From Candidatus Eiseniibacteriota bacterium (lineage in GTDB: Bacteria; Eisenbacteria; RBG-16-71-46; CAVPCR01): 64,000 nucleotides of DNA. Below, piece by piece: positions 51,513 to 60,745 of this stretch; the first letter of the stretch is position 1, and each line of letters opens with the position of its first letter. Made by a program: the position numbers and the translations under genes. Location: NCBI GenBank assembly GCA_963702435.1, contig CAVPCR010000001.1, positions 864,001-928,000 of the forward strand, in the 5' to 3' direction. Under the pieces are notes generated by a model, which had not been told where the DNA came from, made no database searches, and saw nothing but the letters and a program-made list of their open reading frames with translations.

Positions 51513-53398
51513 GAGGCCGGCCGCGGGCTCCCGGCCGCCGCGTGCTCGCGCACGTTGAACTCGAGCTTCCAGCGCCGGTCGCTCTCGGCGCGGCTCACGC
51601 ACCAGATCTCGAGCGTGCCGATCTCGGTGACGCGCGAGACGAGCCGCACCGGAACCGTGGCGCCGCCCGGCGCCGCGCCCGCGACGGGCGGCAAGGTCGC
51701 CACCAGCGGCGCGAGCTCCTCGAGATCGTCCTGCTCCCAGCTCTCGACCACCGTGCCGATCCGATCCTCGGCACGCACGCTCGAGGCGAGAAGCCGGAAG
51801 GTCACCGCCTCTCCGACCTGGAGTCCGAACTCGCGCCCGGGAAGCGCGGCCTCGCTCCCTTCCTCCATGCCGAAGGGCGCGACACACACCGCCTTCTGCG
51901 GCGCCGGCACGCCGGGCACGGCGGGCGTCGCCGATTCGATGCCGATGTAATAGGCGCGCGCCGTGCCGCCGCGGATCCGGATCCCGCGCCCGCGCCGCGC
52001 GAGTCCGTAGTACGCCGCCCCGCGCGCCACCGCGAGATCGAGATCCGCGCTCTCGAGGAGCCGCACCTCGCCCCCGGCCCAGTCGCCGAGGACCTCGCGG
52101 ATGCGCGCGGCGAGGGCCGGCGCCTTCATGACGCCGCCGTTCATGAGCACCGCGGTCGGCATGCGCCCCGCAGGCAGGTGCCGCGCGAGGAAGTAGGCGA
52201 TGTGGCGCGTGATGGCGGGATCCGCCTCGTACGGCAGGCCGAGCTCGCGCATCCCGCTCCGTGCCGCGGGCGCCGGGTGCTCGTCGGCGCGGCAGGGGGG
52301 GAAGAAACCGTCGATGAGAAGACGCTCGACCTCCTCGCGCGTGAGCTCGGTGCGGAGCGAGCCGCCGACGAGCTTCGAGCCGCGCCCGAGAAGGACGATC
52401 GGCTCGCTGGCCGCGGCGGCGGGTCCCGCCGGGCCGCCGCTTCCGGGAGCGCCCGGCACTGCGGCACCGAGGAGCCGCTCCTTCGCCGCCCGCGCGCTGT
52501 GCCAGAGGCCCCGCAGCTGCCAGGCGTCGAGCGTGTGCCCCGCGCGCGCCAGCTTGGCCGCGACCGCGTGCGCAAGGGCGAGATCCATGTTGTCGCCGCC
52601 GAGGAGGAGGTGATCGCCGACCGCGACCCGCTCGAGCGTGAGATCGCCCGCTTCCTCCGCGACCGAGATCAGGCTCAGGTCGGTGGTGCCGCCGCCCACG
52701 TCGCAGACGAGGATGAGATCCCCGACGCGCACGAGATCGCGCCAGCGATCGCCCTCGTGATCGAGCCACGCGTAGAAGGCGGCCTGCGGCTCCTCGATGA
52801 GCGTCACCTGGGCGAGCCCCGCCTCGGCCGCGGCGCGCGCGGTCAGCTCGCGCGCCGCCGCATCGAAGGACGCGGGCACGGTCAGATAGACCTCCTGCTC
52901 TTCGAGGCGGAGGTGCTTGTCGGCGGCGGCCCTCTCCGCGTTCCATGCATCGCGGAGATGCTCGAGGATGCGCGTCTGCGCGGCGAGCGGCGAGAGACGC
53001 GGCACATCCTCCGGTGCTTCCCACGGCAGGATCGCCGCGGTGCGATCGACGCCCGCGTGCCGGAGCCACGACTTGGCGGAGGCGATGACCCGCCCCGGCA
53101 CCTCGGCGCCCCGCTCGCGTGCGAACTCGCCGACGCCGTAGTCGCGCCGCCTGGCCCACGGGAGATCGAGGCTCCCGGCGGGGAGATCGTGCTCGCCCGC
53201 GAGATAGATGAAGGACGGGAGGAGCGGTCGCAGCGCGACGTCGCCCGGCGCCGTTACCTGCGCGACCGGGAAGACGGCGATCGCAGCCTGGCGATCGCCG
53301 CGAGCGCTCGCGGCTCCGCCCGGCGCGTCCGCATCGACGGACGCCAGCACCGAGTTCGTCGTGCCGAGGTCGATGCCGACCACGTGGCGTGCCTTCAT
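51509..53398 (-). CDS. Hsp70-family (DnaK-related) protein, short paralogue
   Basis: GIDLGTTNS, SAKSWL, TVPASFD, EEPQAA, DVGGGTTD, LLGGDNMD, AVARGAAYY; ends WKLEFNVR...; no canonical DnaK substrate-binding domain or lid. Confidence 0.92.
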   Translation of the reverse strand: MKARHVVGIDLGTTNSVLASVDADAPGGAASARGDRQAAIAVFPVAQVTAPGDVALRPLLPSFIYLAGEHDLPAGSLDLPWARRRDYGVGEFARERGAEVPGRVIASAKSWLRHAGVDRTAAILPWEAPEDVPRLSPLAAQTRILEHLRDAWNAERAAADKHLRLEEQEVYLTVPASFDAAARELTARAAAEAGLAQVTLIEEPQAAFYAWLDHEGDRWRDLVRVGDLILVCDVGGGTTDLSLISVAEEAGDLTLERVAVGDHLLLGGDNMDLALAHAVAAKLARAGHTLDAWQLRGLWHSARAAKERLLGAAVPGAPGSGGPAGPAAAASEPIVLLGRGSKLVGGSLRTELTREEVERLLIDGFFPPCRADEHPAPAARSGMRELGLPYEADPAITRHIAYFLARHLPAGRMPTAVLMNGGVMKAPALAARIREVLGDWAGGEVRLLESADLDLAVARGAAYYGLARRGRGIRIRGGTARAYYIGIESATPAVPGVPAPQKAVCVAPFGMEEGSEAALPGREFGLQVGEAVTFRLLASSVRAEDRIGTVVESWEQDDLEELAPLVATLPPVAGAAPGGATVPVRLVSRVTEIGTLEIWCVSRAESDRRWKLEFNVREHAAAGSPRPAS

Positions 53399-53442
53399 CG
53401 CCGTGCCTTCATCGCTGCGCCTTCATCGCCGTGCCTTCGTCC
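53388..53442. repeat. 14-bp tandem repeat (about 4 copies) spanning the Hsp70 start codon
   Basis: CGTGCCTTCATCGC at 53388 and 53402, variant at 53416, partial at 53430. Confidence 0.85.
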
Positions 53443-53467
53443 ACGGATCCGCGTATCCACCTGCCCG

Positions 53468-54103
53468 CTAGCCGATCTCGACTTCGGCCGGAGCGACGAT
53501 CGACGGATCCTGCCCGAGCGGGTCGGCGGGGAGCTCGACCCGACGCGTGCGCCAGCCGCGATGGCGGAGGATGCCGCGGAACGGCGGCTTGCCGCTCACG
53601 TTCCCGGTGAGCCGGATGGCCGAGGCATCGAAGTCGCGCTCGACGAGGACGCGCGCCCCCTCATCCTCGCTCCGCACCGGCTCGAGCGCGAGATGCTCGT
53701 CGAGCACCTTGCGGCAGCTCGCATGGATCGCGCGCACCGCGGCGCCGACCTGGGCGTCGGGATAGGCCGCGATGTCCTCGCGCAGGAAGTCGACGAGACG
53801 GCCCTCCCGCTGGAGGAGCGCGAGCAGCGCCACGGCCGGATCGCGGCGCACGATCTTCTCCCCCGGCTTGACCTCCGTCCGCGCGATCGCCCCCGCGAAG
53901 TCGAGCCAGGCGATGAGGACGGCGCCGGCGAAGGCGACGAGCCCGCCCGCCACCGCGGCGACCGATCCCGGGCCGGCGAAGATCGTCGCCGCGCTCGGCG
54001 CGATCCCCGCCGCGTCGGCGAACAGCACGCCCACGATGGCCGCCACGACGAGCCCGACGAAGGCGGCGGCAATGATGGTGCGCAGAACGGGAAACCTGGG
54101 CAT
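53468..54103 (-). CDS. DUF2760 protein with two N-terminal TM helices
   Basis: LLALLQREGRLVDFLREDI..YPDAQVGAAVR.IH, IRLTGNVSG.PP..G.LRHRGW, APAEVEI. Confidence 0.88.
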   Translation of the reverse strand: MPRFPVLRTIIAAAFVGLVVAAIVGVLFADAAGIAPSAATIFAGPGSVAAVAGGLVAFAGAVLIAWLDFAGAIARTEVKPGEKIVRRDPAVALLALLQREGRLVDFLREDIAAYPDAQVGAAVRAIHASCRKVLDEHLALEPVRSEDEGARVLVERDFDASAIRLTGNVSGKPPFRGILRHRGWRTRRVELPADPLGQDPSIVAPAEVEIG

Positions 54104-54171
54104 GAAGAACCTCCCTCTGGGAATGTGCGGGCGACGATTGTGACACGGCGGCGCGGCGAGGGGAAGGGGCG

Positions 54172-55785
54172 TTACGACGGGCCCCGGTGCGCGCGGCGGC
54201 GCAAGACCCAGAAGTCGCCCTGCCGCCACGCCGGCTCGTAGCGGGCCGCCACGAAAGCGTGGAGCGCCGGCATCCGGAGGAGCTGGGTCACCGAGTCGGC
54301 GTCCTCGATGTCGTTCGCATCGCCGCTCACGACCAGGATGAGCGCGGGCGGGTGCGCTTCGAGATCGGCCATGAGCTCCGCCACGTAGCGCTCGTGCACG
54401 GCGGTGAAACGCGGCATGAGCGGGTAGTCGTAGAAGAAGCGGGTCGCCGGCCGGCGCTCCGCAAAGACGTAGATCCCCGGCTCGAAGCCCCACACGAAGA
54501 TCCGATCATCCGGGCGCGTCTCCGCCTTCACCCGCTTCGCGACCTCGAGCGTCTCGAGGAAATCGTAGTCGGTGCCGCCCCAGCGGTAGGTGGCAAGGAC
54601 AGCGCGCCGCTCGTCACCGTCCATCCCGATCAACCGGAGCCGGTGCTCCTGCCCGTACTCGTACACGAGCCGGCCATAGGGCGCGAGCAGGATCGCGAGC
54701 CCCGCCGCGCAGAGGACCGCCGCCCCCGCCCCGCGGAGTCGCGTGCGTGCGAGTGCGGCATGCGCGATCGCGATCCCCGCGCTCGCCATGATCACGAGCG
54801 GGACGAGCACGACGCGATAGTGGTAATCCCAGAACTTGCCCTGCCAGAAGACCTGACCGAGCGCGAGAAGCCAGGCCAGGGCGCCCCAGAGGAGAAGTCG
54901 CGCCGCGCCGCGCGAGGCCGCGTCCTGCCGCACGCGCGGCACGAGGAGGAGCAGCACACCGAAAGCCGTCGCGGCGTAGAGCGGCAAGAGCTCGCCGGGG
55001 AGATAGAAGACCTTCGGCCCGGGCAATGTCGTGCGCGAGAGCTGAGCGACCGCCCCGTGCAACAGGTTGAAGGTGACGGTCGCCGTCCAGAACGCATCGA
55101 GCCGGCCGCCCAGCGCGAGATGGGCGAGCCAGGCGAGCACCGGCGCGAGGAGACCCGCCATGAAGGCGGCCAGCGCCGGGAGCGCCGCCCGCGGCGGACC
55201 CGGCTCGCGAGCCTGCCTGACGAGCGCGAGCAGGACGAGAAGCGCCGCCAGGATGGCCGGGTACTTGAATCCGGCGAGCGCGGCGACGGCGAGCCCCGCA
55301 CCAAGGAACCGGGTCCGCCCTCCGCCCGGCTCCACGAGCAGGAACAGCGCCGCCGCCAGAAACGGCTCCATCAGCACTTCAGCCTGCGCCGTGCCCCAGA
55401 AACCGCTCCATGCGGGGCCGGCGTGATAGAGGATGTAGAGCAGCGCCCCGGCACCCACCGCCAACCAGGATGATGTGTGCCGCCGGACGAGGAGCACGAG
55501 GAGGAGCGCGGTGATCCCGCCCGCCACCCAGTGGAGAAGATGGGCAGCCTCGCCGCCGCGACCGGCGACAGCCTGCGCGAGCGCGTAGGCAAAGAGAATC
55601 GCGGGCGGCTTGTGTTCCCAGATCTCGGTGTAGAGCGACCCGCCGTCGAGGAGCGCCGCCGACTCGGCCAGGAAGAGGCTCTGATCACGCCCCGGCGGTT
55701 CGCTCCAGAAGGGGAGCCACCAGGCAACAGCGATCACACCGGCCAGGAGGAGGGGGAACAGGAATCGCGAGCGCGCGCTGGACAT
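54172..55785 (-). CDS. GT-C / ArnT-like membrane glycosyltransferase
   Basis: RDQSLF, LYTEIWEHKPP, TAQAE, multiple TM helices, GKFWDYHY, IFVWGFEP.IY. Confidence 0.75.
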   Translation of the reverse strand: MSSARSRFLFPLLLAGVIAVAWWLPFWSEPPGRDQSLFLAESAALLDGGSLYTEIWEHKPPAILFAYALAQAVAGRGGEAAHLLHWVAGGITALLLVLLVRRHTSSWLAVGAGALLYILYHAGPAWSGFWGTAQAEVLMEPFLAAALFLLVEPGGGRTRFLGAGLAVAALAGFKYPAILAALLVLLALVRQAREPGPPRAALPALAAFMAGLLAPVLAWLAHLALGGRLDAFWTATVTFNLLHGAVAQLSRTTLPGPKVFYLPGELLPLYAATAFGVLLLLVPRVRQDAASRGAARLLLWGALAWLLALGQVFWQGKFWDYHYRVVLVPLVIMASAGIAIAHAALARTRLRGAGAAVLCAAGLAILLAPYGRLVYEYGQEHRLRLIGMDGDERRAVLATYRWGGTDYDFLETLEVAKRVKAETRPDDRIFVWGFEPGIYVFAERRPATRFFYDYPLMPRFTAVHERYVAELMADLEAHPPALILVVSGDANDIEDADSVTQLLRMPALHAFVAARYEPAWRQGDFWVLRRRAHRGPS

Positions 55786-55841
55786 CGGGTGGAGTCACCG
55801 ACCCGCAGGGCGATCCCGCGGGATCGTGACCTCAGCACCAT

Positions 55842-55920
55842 ATCATGGCGCCGCATCACGGGGCCGCATCACGGCGCCGCATCATGGCGCCGCGATCACG
55901 GGGCCGCATCATGGCGCCGC
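55842..55920. repeat. 13-bp tandem repeat (6 copies) in a divergent intergenic region
   Basis: ATCAYGGSGCCGC at 55842, 55855, 55868, 55881, 55895 and 55908, with one extra G at 55894. Confidence 0.88.
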
Positions 55921-56045
55921 CCCCGACTCCCCGACTGGACCCGGCCCCCCGCCGAGATTCCCGTTGAGCGCCCGGGCCGCCTCTGCTACAAAGGCAAGGA
56001 ACACCGCATGCCCCGCAACGAGCAGTGCCCCGACAGGTTGGAGCG

Positions 56046-57995
56046 ATGAACCTATTCCTGGTCGGGTGGAATCTGCCTCGCGGGCTCCGGGCGCGCATCC
56101 CGCGCGAGTTCGAGCGCATGCTCGAGATCTATCCGCAGCTCGATCCGCGCACCTTCCGGTGTTCGGAGGTCGGCGAGCGCGCGGTGGTGGCGACTCTCAC
56201 CACGGACGAAGCGGTCGCCGCGCCCCGGCGTTACGTCCATCTGAGCCCGCCCCCCCCCGCGGCCCCGACGATCGCCGTCCTCTACGACGGAAGCCTCGTC
56301 GATCGCCGCGGCGGATTCACCGCGCTCGACGCGCAGGCGCTGGCCCGGCACTGGGACGATCTCCCCGATCGCCTCGTCGGGCAGTTCGTCCTGGCTCGCG
56401 CCACCGCCGAGCCGCCGCGGCTCGACATTGTCACCGATCCTCTCGGCTTCCATCAGGCGTACGTGCGGAGCGCCGGTGAAGGATGGCTCGCGAGCAACAG
56501 CGTGCGCCTCCTCGGGCGACTCGCCGGGACGGCGGGAATCGATCCGGTCGCCGCGAGCCACATGCTCGCCCTGGGCTGGGTGGGGGAAGATCGCACGCTC
56601 GACCCCGCCGTCCGTGTCATTCCCGGCGGCGTGCGCTGGACGTGGGACGCCGCACATGCCGGGCCCACGGCCTCGACCTACGCGCCGCGCACTCGTCTCG
56701 CGCACATGCCGCGGCCCCGCTCGCGACAGACGCTGATCGCGGCCCTGGCCGCGGATCTCGTCACCACCTGCCGGCGATTCGAGTCCACCTACGGGCGGCT
56801 GACCTGCCCGCTCACCGCCGGCCGCGACTCGCGCGTCCTCGCCGCGCTTCTCATCGCCGGTGAGATCGACGCCCTCTATTACACCTCGGGCGAGAACGGT
56901 TCGCCCGACGTCGAGATCGGGCGGGGCATCGCCGCGCGCTGCGGACTCGAGCACGAGGTGCGGGAGCAGCCGGCCGGGCTGGTGATCCAGGCCTGGGACG
57001 GCGCGACCGACCGCCTCCTGCAGCAGGGCGACGGATTGATCTCGCTCATCCAGGTCGCCGACATGGCGGAGAAGTCGGGGCCCGTCGAGCGACTGCAGCT
57101 CGGGCTGTGGGGCATCGGCGGCGAGATCGCGCGCGGCCACTGGAGCGACCCCCGCCACATCGCGCTCACTCCATCGCCTGCCGACATCGAGTCCTATCTC
57201 ACCCGGTTTCTGGTCGGCCATCACGGCGGGCTCCTGACCCCGGCCGCGGTAGCTCATGTCCGCGCCTACGTGACCGATTTCGTGGCGCACTCGCTCGCCG
57301 ACGGCTTCCGGCCGATCGACGTGCCCGATGTCTTCTACGCGGAGGAAAGGGCGCGGCGCTGGGGCGGATCGAACGAACGAAAGGCCATGACCAGGGGCGA
57401 CCGGTTCACTCCCTTCGTCTCACGCGCATTCATCGACGCAGCCTTCTCGTTCTCGGCGCGCGAGCGCATGACCGAACCGCTCCACGTCGGCCTGATCAGG
57501 CATCTCGCCCCACCGCTCTACGATCTCCCGCTCGCCAAGGCGCCGTGGCGATCGCAGGTGCCGGCGCTCCACTTCCTGCGGTGGGCATGGCAGCAGGCGC
57601 CGCCGCCGCTCGCGCGCCTGCGCGGGCCCGCGCCCGCCGCGACCGCGACGAGCGGGGTGCGCGCGTTCGAGCACGCCGTCTGGCTCGAGGCGAAGCTCGG
57701 CTGGATCCGCGAGCTATGTCTCGAACAGCACGATGCGCGCCTCTGGGATCTCGTCGATCGCGCCACATTCGAGCGCGTGACGGCGCCGGGCTCCAATCCG
57801 GCCGTACGCCGCGATGCGGTGCGCGGGCTCTACCATGTGGCGACCGTGTTCGCCTGGAACGCGGCGCTCACGGCCGATCGCACGCTGCCGAACGCGGCGC
57901 TCACGGCCGATCGCACGCTGCTGCGGGCGCCGGAGCACCCCGGAGAGAACGGGCCGGACAGCGCCGCGCGGCGTGCGGCAGCCGGCTGGAGCTAG
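56046..57995 (+). CDS. Asparagine-synthetase-like amidotransferase/ligase
   Basis: Degenerate Ntn region (GQFVL, TDPLG), PP-loop-like LTAGRDSR, GIGGEIARG, PF. No N-terminal Cys. Confidence 0.72.
   Translation: MNLFLVGWNLPRGLRARIPREFERMLEIYPQLDPRTFRCSEVGERAVVATLTTDEAVAAPRRYVHLSPPPPAAPTIAVLYDGSLVDRRGGFTALDAQALARHWDDLPDRLVGQFVLARATAEPPRLDIVTDPLGFHQAYVRSAGEGWLASNSVRLLGRLAGTAGIDPVAASHMLALGWVGEDRTLDPAVRVIPGGVRWTWDAAHAGPTASTYAPRTRLAHMPRPRSRQTLIAALAADLVTTCRRFESTYGRLTCPLTAGRDSRVLAALLIAGEIDALYYTSGENGSPDVEIGRGIAARCGLEHEVREQPAGLVIQAWDGATDRLLQQGDGLISLIQVADMAEKSGPVERLQLGLWGIGGEIARGHWSDPRHIALTPSPADIESYLTRFLVGHHGGLLTPAAVAHVRAYVTDFVAHSLADGFRPIDVPDVFYAEERARRWGGSNERKAMTRGDRFTPFVSRAFIDAAFSFSARERMTEPLHVGLIRHLAPPLYDLPLAKAPWRSQVPALHFLRWAWQQAPPPLARLRGPAPAATATSGVRAFEHAVWLEAKLGWIRELCLEQHDARLWDLVDRATFERVTAPGSNPAVRRDAVRGLYHVATVFAWNAALTADRTLPNAALTADRTLLRAPEHPGENGPDSAARRAAAGWS
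57858..57923 (+). repeat. 33-bp direct duplication in the C-terminal tail
   Basis: AACGCGGCGCTCACGGCCGATCGCACGCTGCYG twice (NAALTADRTL). Confidence 0.8.
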
Positions 57996-60061
57996 CGCTC
58001 GAGCCGGTGCCGGGGGCCGCCCGGCGGTGAGGGGGGGATCGCCGCCGGCTCCCCCTCGCGCGTGAGGCGCGCGGCGAGCCCCGCGCTCCGAGCGGTGTCG
58101 TACGCCTGCACGCTGAACACCTTCGCCACGTCGATCGCGGGACGCCCCGGCTTCCGCACCTTCTGGAGAAGGATCGCACCCCAGGAGAGCGGAACGAGCA
58201 CGAACGTCGGCAGCCAGATCACCTTGAGATCGGGGTTGGTGCGGCGGAGCGTGGAAAGGAGTTCGCGCTTCGTCGGCAGCACCGGATCGAGCAGGTTGAG
58301 CCGCGCCGGCGCCTCCTCCCAGTGATCCACCATCCACGCGAGAATGCGCCCCGCGAACCCGACGTCCACGACCCCGAGCCGCTGCCCGGGCGATCCGACG
58401 GCGACGAAGAAGCTTCCGAGACGCTTGCCGAGCCGGCCCGGCGGGTCGAGATCCCGGTAGTCGACGAGCGCACCGGGGCGCACCACCTTGACGTCGATAC
58501 CGAGCTCCTGGCCGAGGCGAATGGCGAGACGCTCCGACTCGAGCTTGCCCCACACGTAGGGGCCGGAGCCGCGGCTGTCCGGCTCCAGCGGGTCTTCGTC
58601 GGCGATCGGCCGGCCGCCGTGCTTCGCGAGCACGGCGAGGCTCGAGACATGGATGAAGCGGCGCACGCCGGCTGCCGCCGCAGCGCGCAGCATCTGCTCG
58701 GTCGCATCGAGCGAGTTCCGCTGATGCTCGTCCCAGCCGCCCGCCGTTTCGGCCGCGGCGTGGATCACGGTGTCGGCGCCGGCGAAGGCGGCCGCCGGCA
58801 CCTGGACCGCCACGTCGGCGATCGCGTAGTCGACGCTCAGGTCGCGGCTCCAGGACGGCGGCACACGCCGGGCGAGGACCCGCACCGCACGCCCGCGCGT
58901 CATGAGCGCGCGCACCGTCTCGACACCGAGGACGCCGGTGCCGCCCGTGACGACGACGCCGCGGCCGGTGAGCGGCAGGGGCTTCACCGCGGCCAGCACC
59001 TCGGCCTCGGCGCGCTCGAGCACGCTCGCCACCTGCTCCGAGATACGCACGGTCCCGAGAATGCTCTCCGGCGAGAGCGGCGACGGGCCGCCGGCGCGGA
59101 TCGCGCCGTAGAACGCCTGGAAGAGCTCGGCGAGACCGGGATAGCTCCGTTGCTTCTTCAAGAAGCGCCGGCCGAGTGCGCCGGTCGTGCCGAAGAGGAG
59201 CTGCCACATCTGCTGGTACGGCGCCGCGAGCTTGTCGAGCCCGGAGGTGCCGGGGCCGATTGTGCGCTGCACGGTGCTCCGCACGTAGTCGGCGAAGAGG
59301 AGCCCGTTCCGGCCGACGATCCGGAGGTAGCTCTCGACCGGACGGCCTTCGAGCGTCACGACGAGGGTGCCCGTCACGTCGCCCTGGCGGACGAGTGCGT
59401 GCACGGTGCCGCCGCGGCTCACGCGGAGGCTCACGAGCTCGACCGGGCCGGCGCTCACCATCTCGAGGAAGTTGAGGAGCAGATAGACCGGATGCGGCAG
59501 GATGTCGAGGAGCTGCTGGTCCGGGCGGAGCGCGGCGCGGCCGCCGACGAGATGGCGCACCGGGCGGAAGGCGAAGTAGCTCTCGATGTGAGCGATGGGG
59601 CCGAGCGCCGGCAGGTACTGCCTGAGGATCGCGGTCGGCGGCTCGTAGAGGAGCTGATGTCCAGCGCAGACCTTGAGACCGCGCGCCGCCGCGAGATCGA
59701 GGATGGCGGTCGCCTCGGCCGCGGTCGGCGTGAACGGCTTCTCGACATAGACGTGGGCGCCCGCTTCGAGGACGAGCCGCGCCACCGCGGCGTGCGTGGG
59801 GGGCGGCGTGCACACATGCACGACGTCGGGGCGCGCGACCGCCAGCAACGCCTCCGGCGTCAGGTGGGTCTCGATCCCGGGAGCGATCGCCTCGATCGCG
59901 GCGCGGGCCGCGGCCGCCGGATCGGCGACCGCGACGAGCGTCGCCTCGGGCAAGCGGAGGATCGCGCGCGCGTGGTGCCCGGCATGCTTGCCGGCACCGA
60001 TGAGCGCGACGCGCAGCGGGGATGAGGGTGGGCTCGGGTGACTCGGGCCCGGCTGGACCAT
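57992..60061 (-). CDS. Gfo/Idh/MocA oxidoreductase fused to an NAD-dependent epimerase/SDR domain
   Basis: IGAGKHA, VCTPP.TH, VEKP, DILPH, then VTGGTGVLG, HVSS, YVWGK, RPG. Confidence 0.88.
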   Translation of the reverse strand: MVQPGPSHPSPPSSPLRVALIGAGKHAGHHARAILRLPEATLVAVADPAAAARAAIEAIAPGIETHLTPEALLAVARPDVVHVCTPPPTHAAVARLVLEAGAHVYVEKPFTPTAAEATAILDLAAARGLKVCAGHQLLYEPPTAILRQYLPALGPIAHIESYFAFRPVRHLVGGRAALRPDQQLLDILPHPVYLLLNFLEMVSAGPVELVSLRVSRGGTVHALVRQGDVTGTLVVTLEGRPVESYLRIVGRNGLLFADYVRSTVQRTIGPGTSGLDKLAAPYQQMWQLLFGTTGALGRRFLKKQRSYPGLAELFQAFYGAIRAGGPSPLSPESILGTVRISEQVASVLERAEAEVLAAVKPLPLTGRGVVVTGGTGVLGVETVRALMTRGRAVRVLARRVPPSWSRDLSVDYAIADVAVQVPAAAFAGADTVIHAAAETAGGWDEHQRNSLDATEQMLRAAAAAGVRRFIHVSSLAVLAKHGGRPIADEDPLEPDSRGSGPYVWGKLESERLAIRLGQELGIDVKVVRPGALVDYRDLDPPGRLGKRLGSFFVAVGSPGQRLGVVDVGFAGRILAWMVDHWEEAPARLNLLDPVLPTKRELLSTLRRTNPDLKVIWLPTFVLVPLSWGAILLQKVRKPGRPAIDVAKVFSVQAYDTARSAGLAARLTREGEPAAIPPSPPGGPRHRLER

Positions 60062-60238
60062 GCAGGCACTCTCCTCGGACGGCCGCAAGCTTCGATCCGA
60101 AAGCCGGAGGAGGCTACCACAGGGCGCGGGGGCGGCGCGGCGGGCCGGATCTCGAAGCCCTTTCGCTCCGGGCGGGCGCAGATGGTCTATCCTATGTATG
60201 GTGAGTTCATAGGGTGAGCTGCGGTGGTGTGAGGCGAG

Positions 60239-60745
60239 ATGAAACGAGTCGCAGAACTCCTCAACTCCATGCGTGCTGCCGGCGTCGTCTCCGACTACGC
60301 TCTCTTCGGCGCTACCGCTCAGATGCGCTATACGGAAGCAGTGGTCACGCTCCATGCCGACGTCCTGGTCAAGGTACCCGACCCCGCCCGCCTGGATGTC
60401 CTCCAGCCGATCTACGCGTTCTGCGCAGCCCGGGGCTACCCGCCCGAGGGAGAGGCTGTGCGCGTCGGAGCCTGGCCGGTCCAGTTCATCCCGGTCTTCA
60501 GCGAGCTGACGAGGGAGGCCGTCGACAAGGCGGAGACGGCCGACTACGAGGGGACCCCTCTCCGTGTCGTGGGTCCGGACTACCTGGCCACGATCGCCCT
60601 CGAGGTGGGGCGCGCCAAGGACTTCGCGCGCATCCTGGCGCTCCTCGATGCCGCGAGCGTCACGAATGAACGCATCGCTGAGCTTGCGAGCCGGCACGGG
60701 CTCGGCGGCGCGTGGATCCGCTTCCAGGCGAGGTTTCTCGAATGA
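60239..60745 (+). CDS. Minimal nucleotidyltransferase-like protein
   Basis: YALFGATA..Y....T.HADV, WPVQFIP, GRAKD. Confidence 0.65.
   Translation: MKRVAELLNSMRAAGVVSDYALFGATAQMRYTEAVVTLHADVLVKVPDPARLDVLQPIYAFCAARGYPPEGEAVRVGAWPVQFIPVFSELTREAVDKAETADYEGTPLRVVGPDYLATIALEVGRAKDFARILALLDAASVTNERIAELASRHGLGGAWIRFQARFLE

Noticed and set aside
55842..55920. Short tandem arrays (also 53388 and 60877) as CRISPR
   Set aside because: Units are 12-14 bp and abut each other without unique spacers.
56046..57995. Lasso peptide cyclase
   Set aside because: No B1/B2 (PqqD-like or transglutaminase-like) genes or precursor adjacent.
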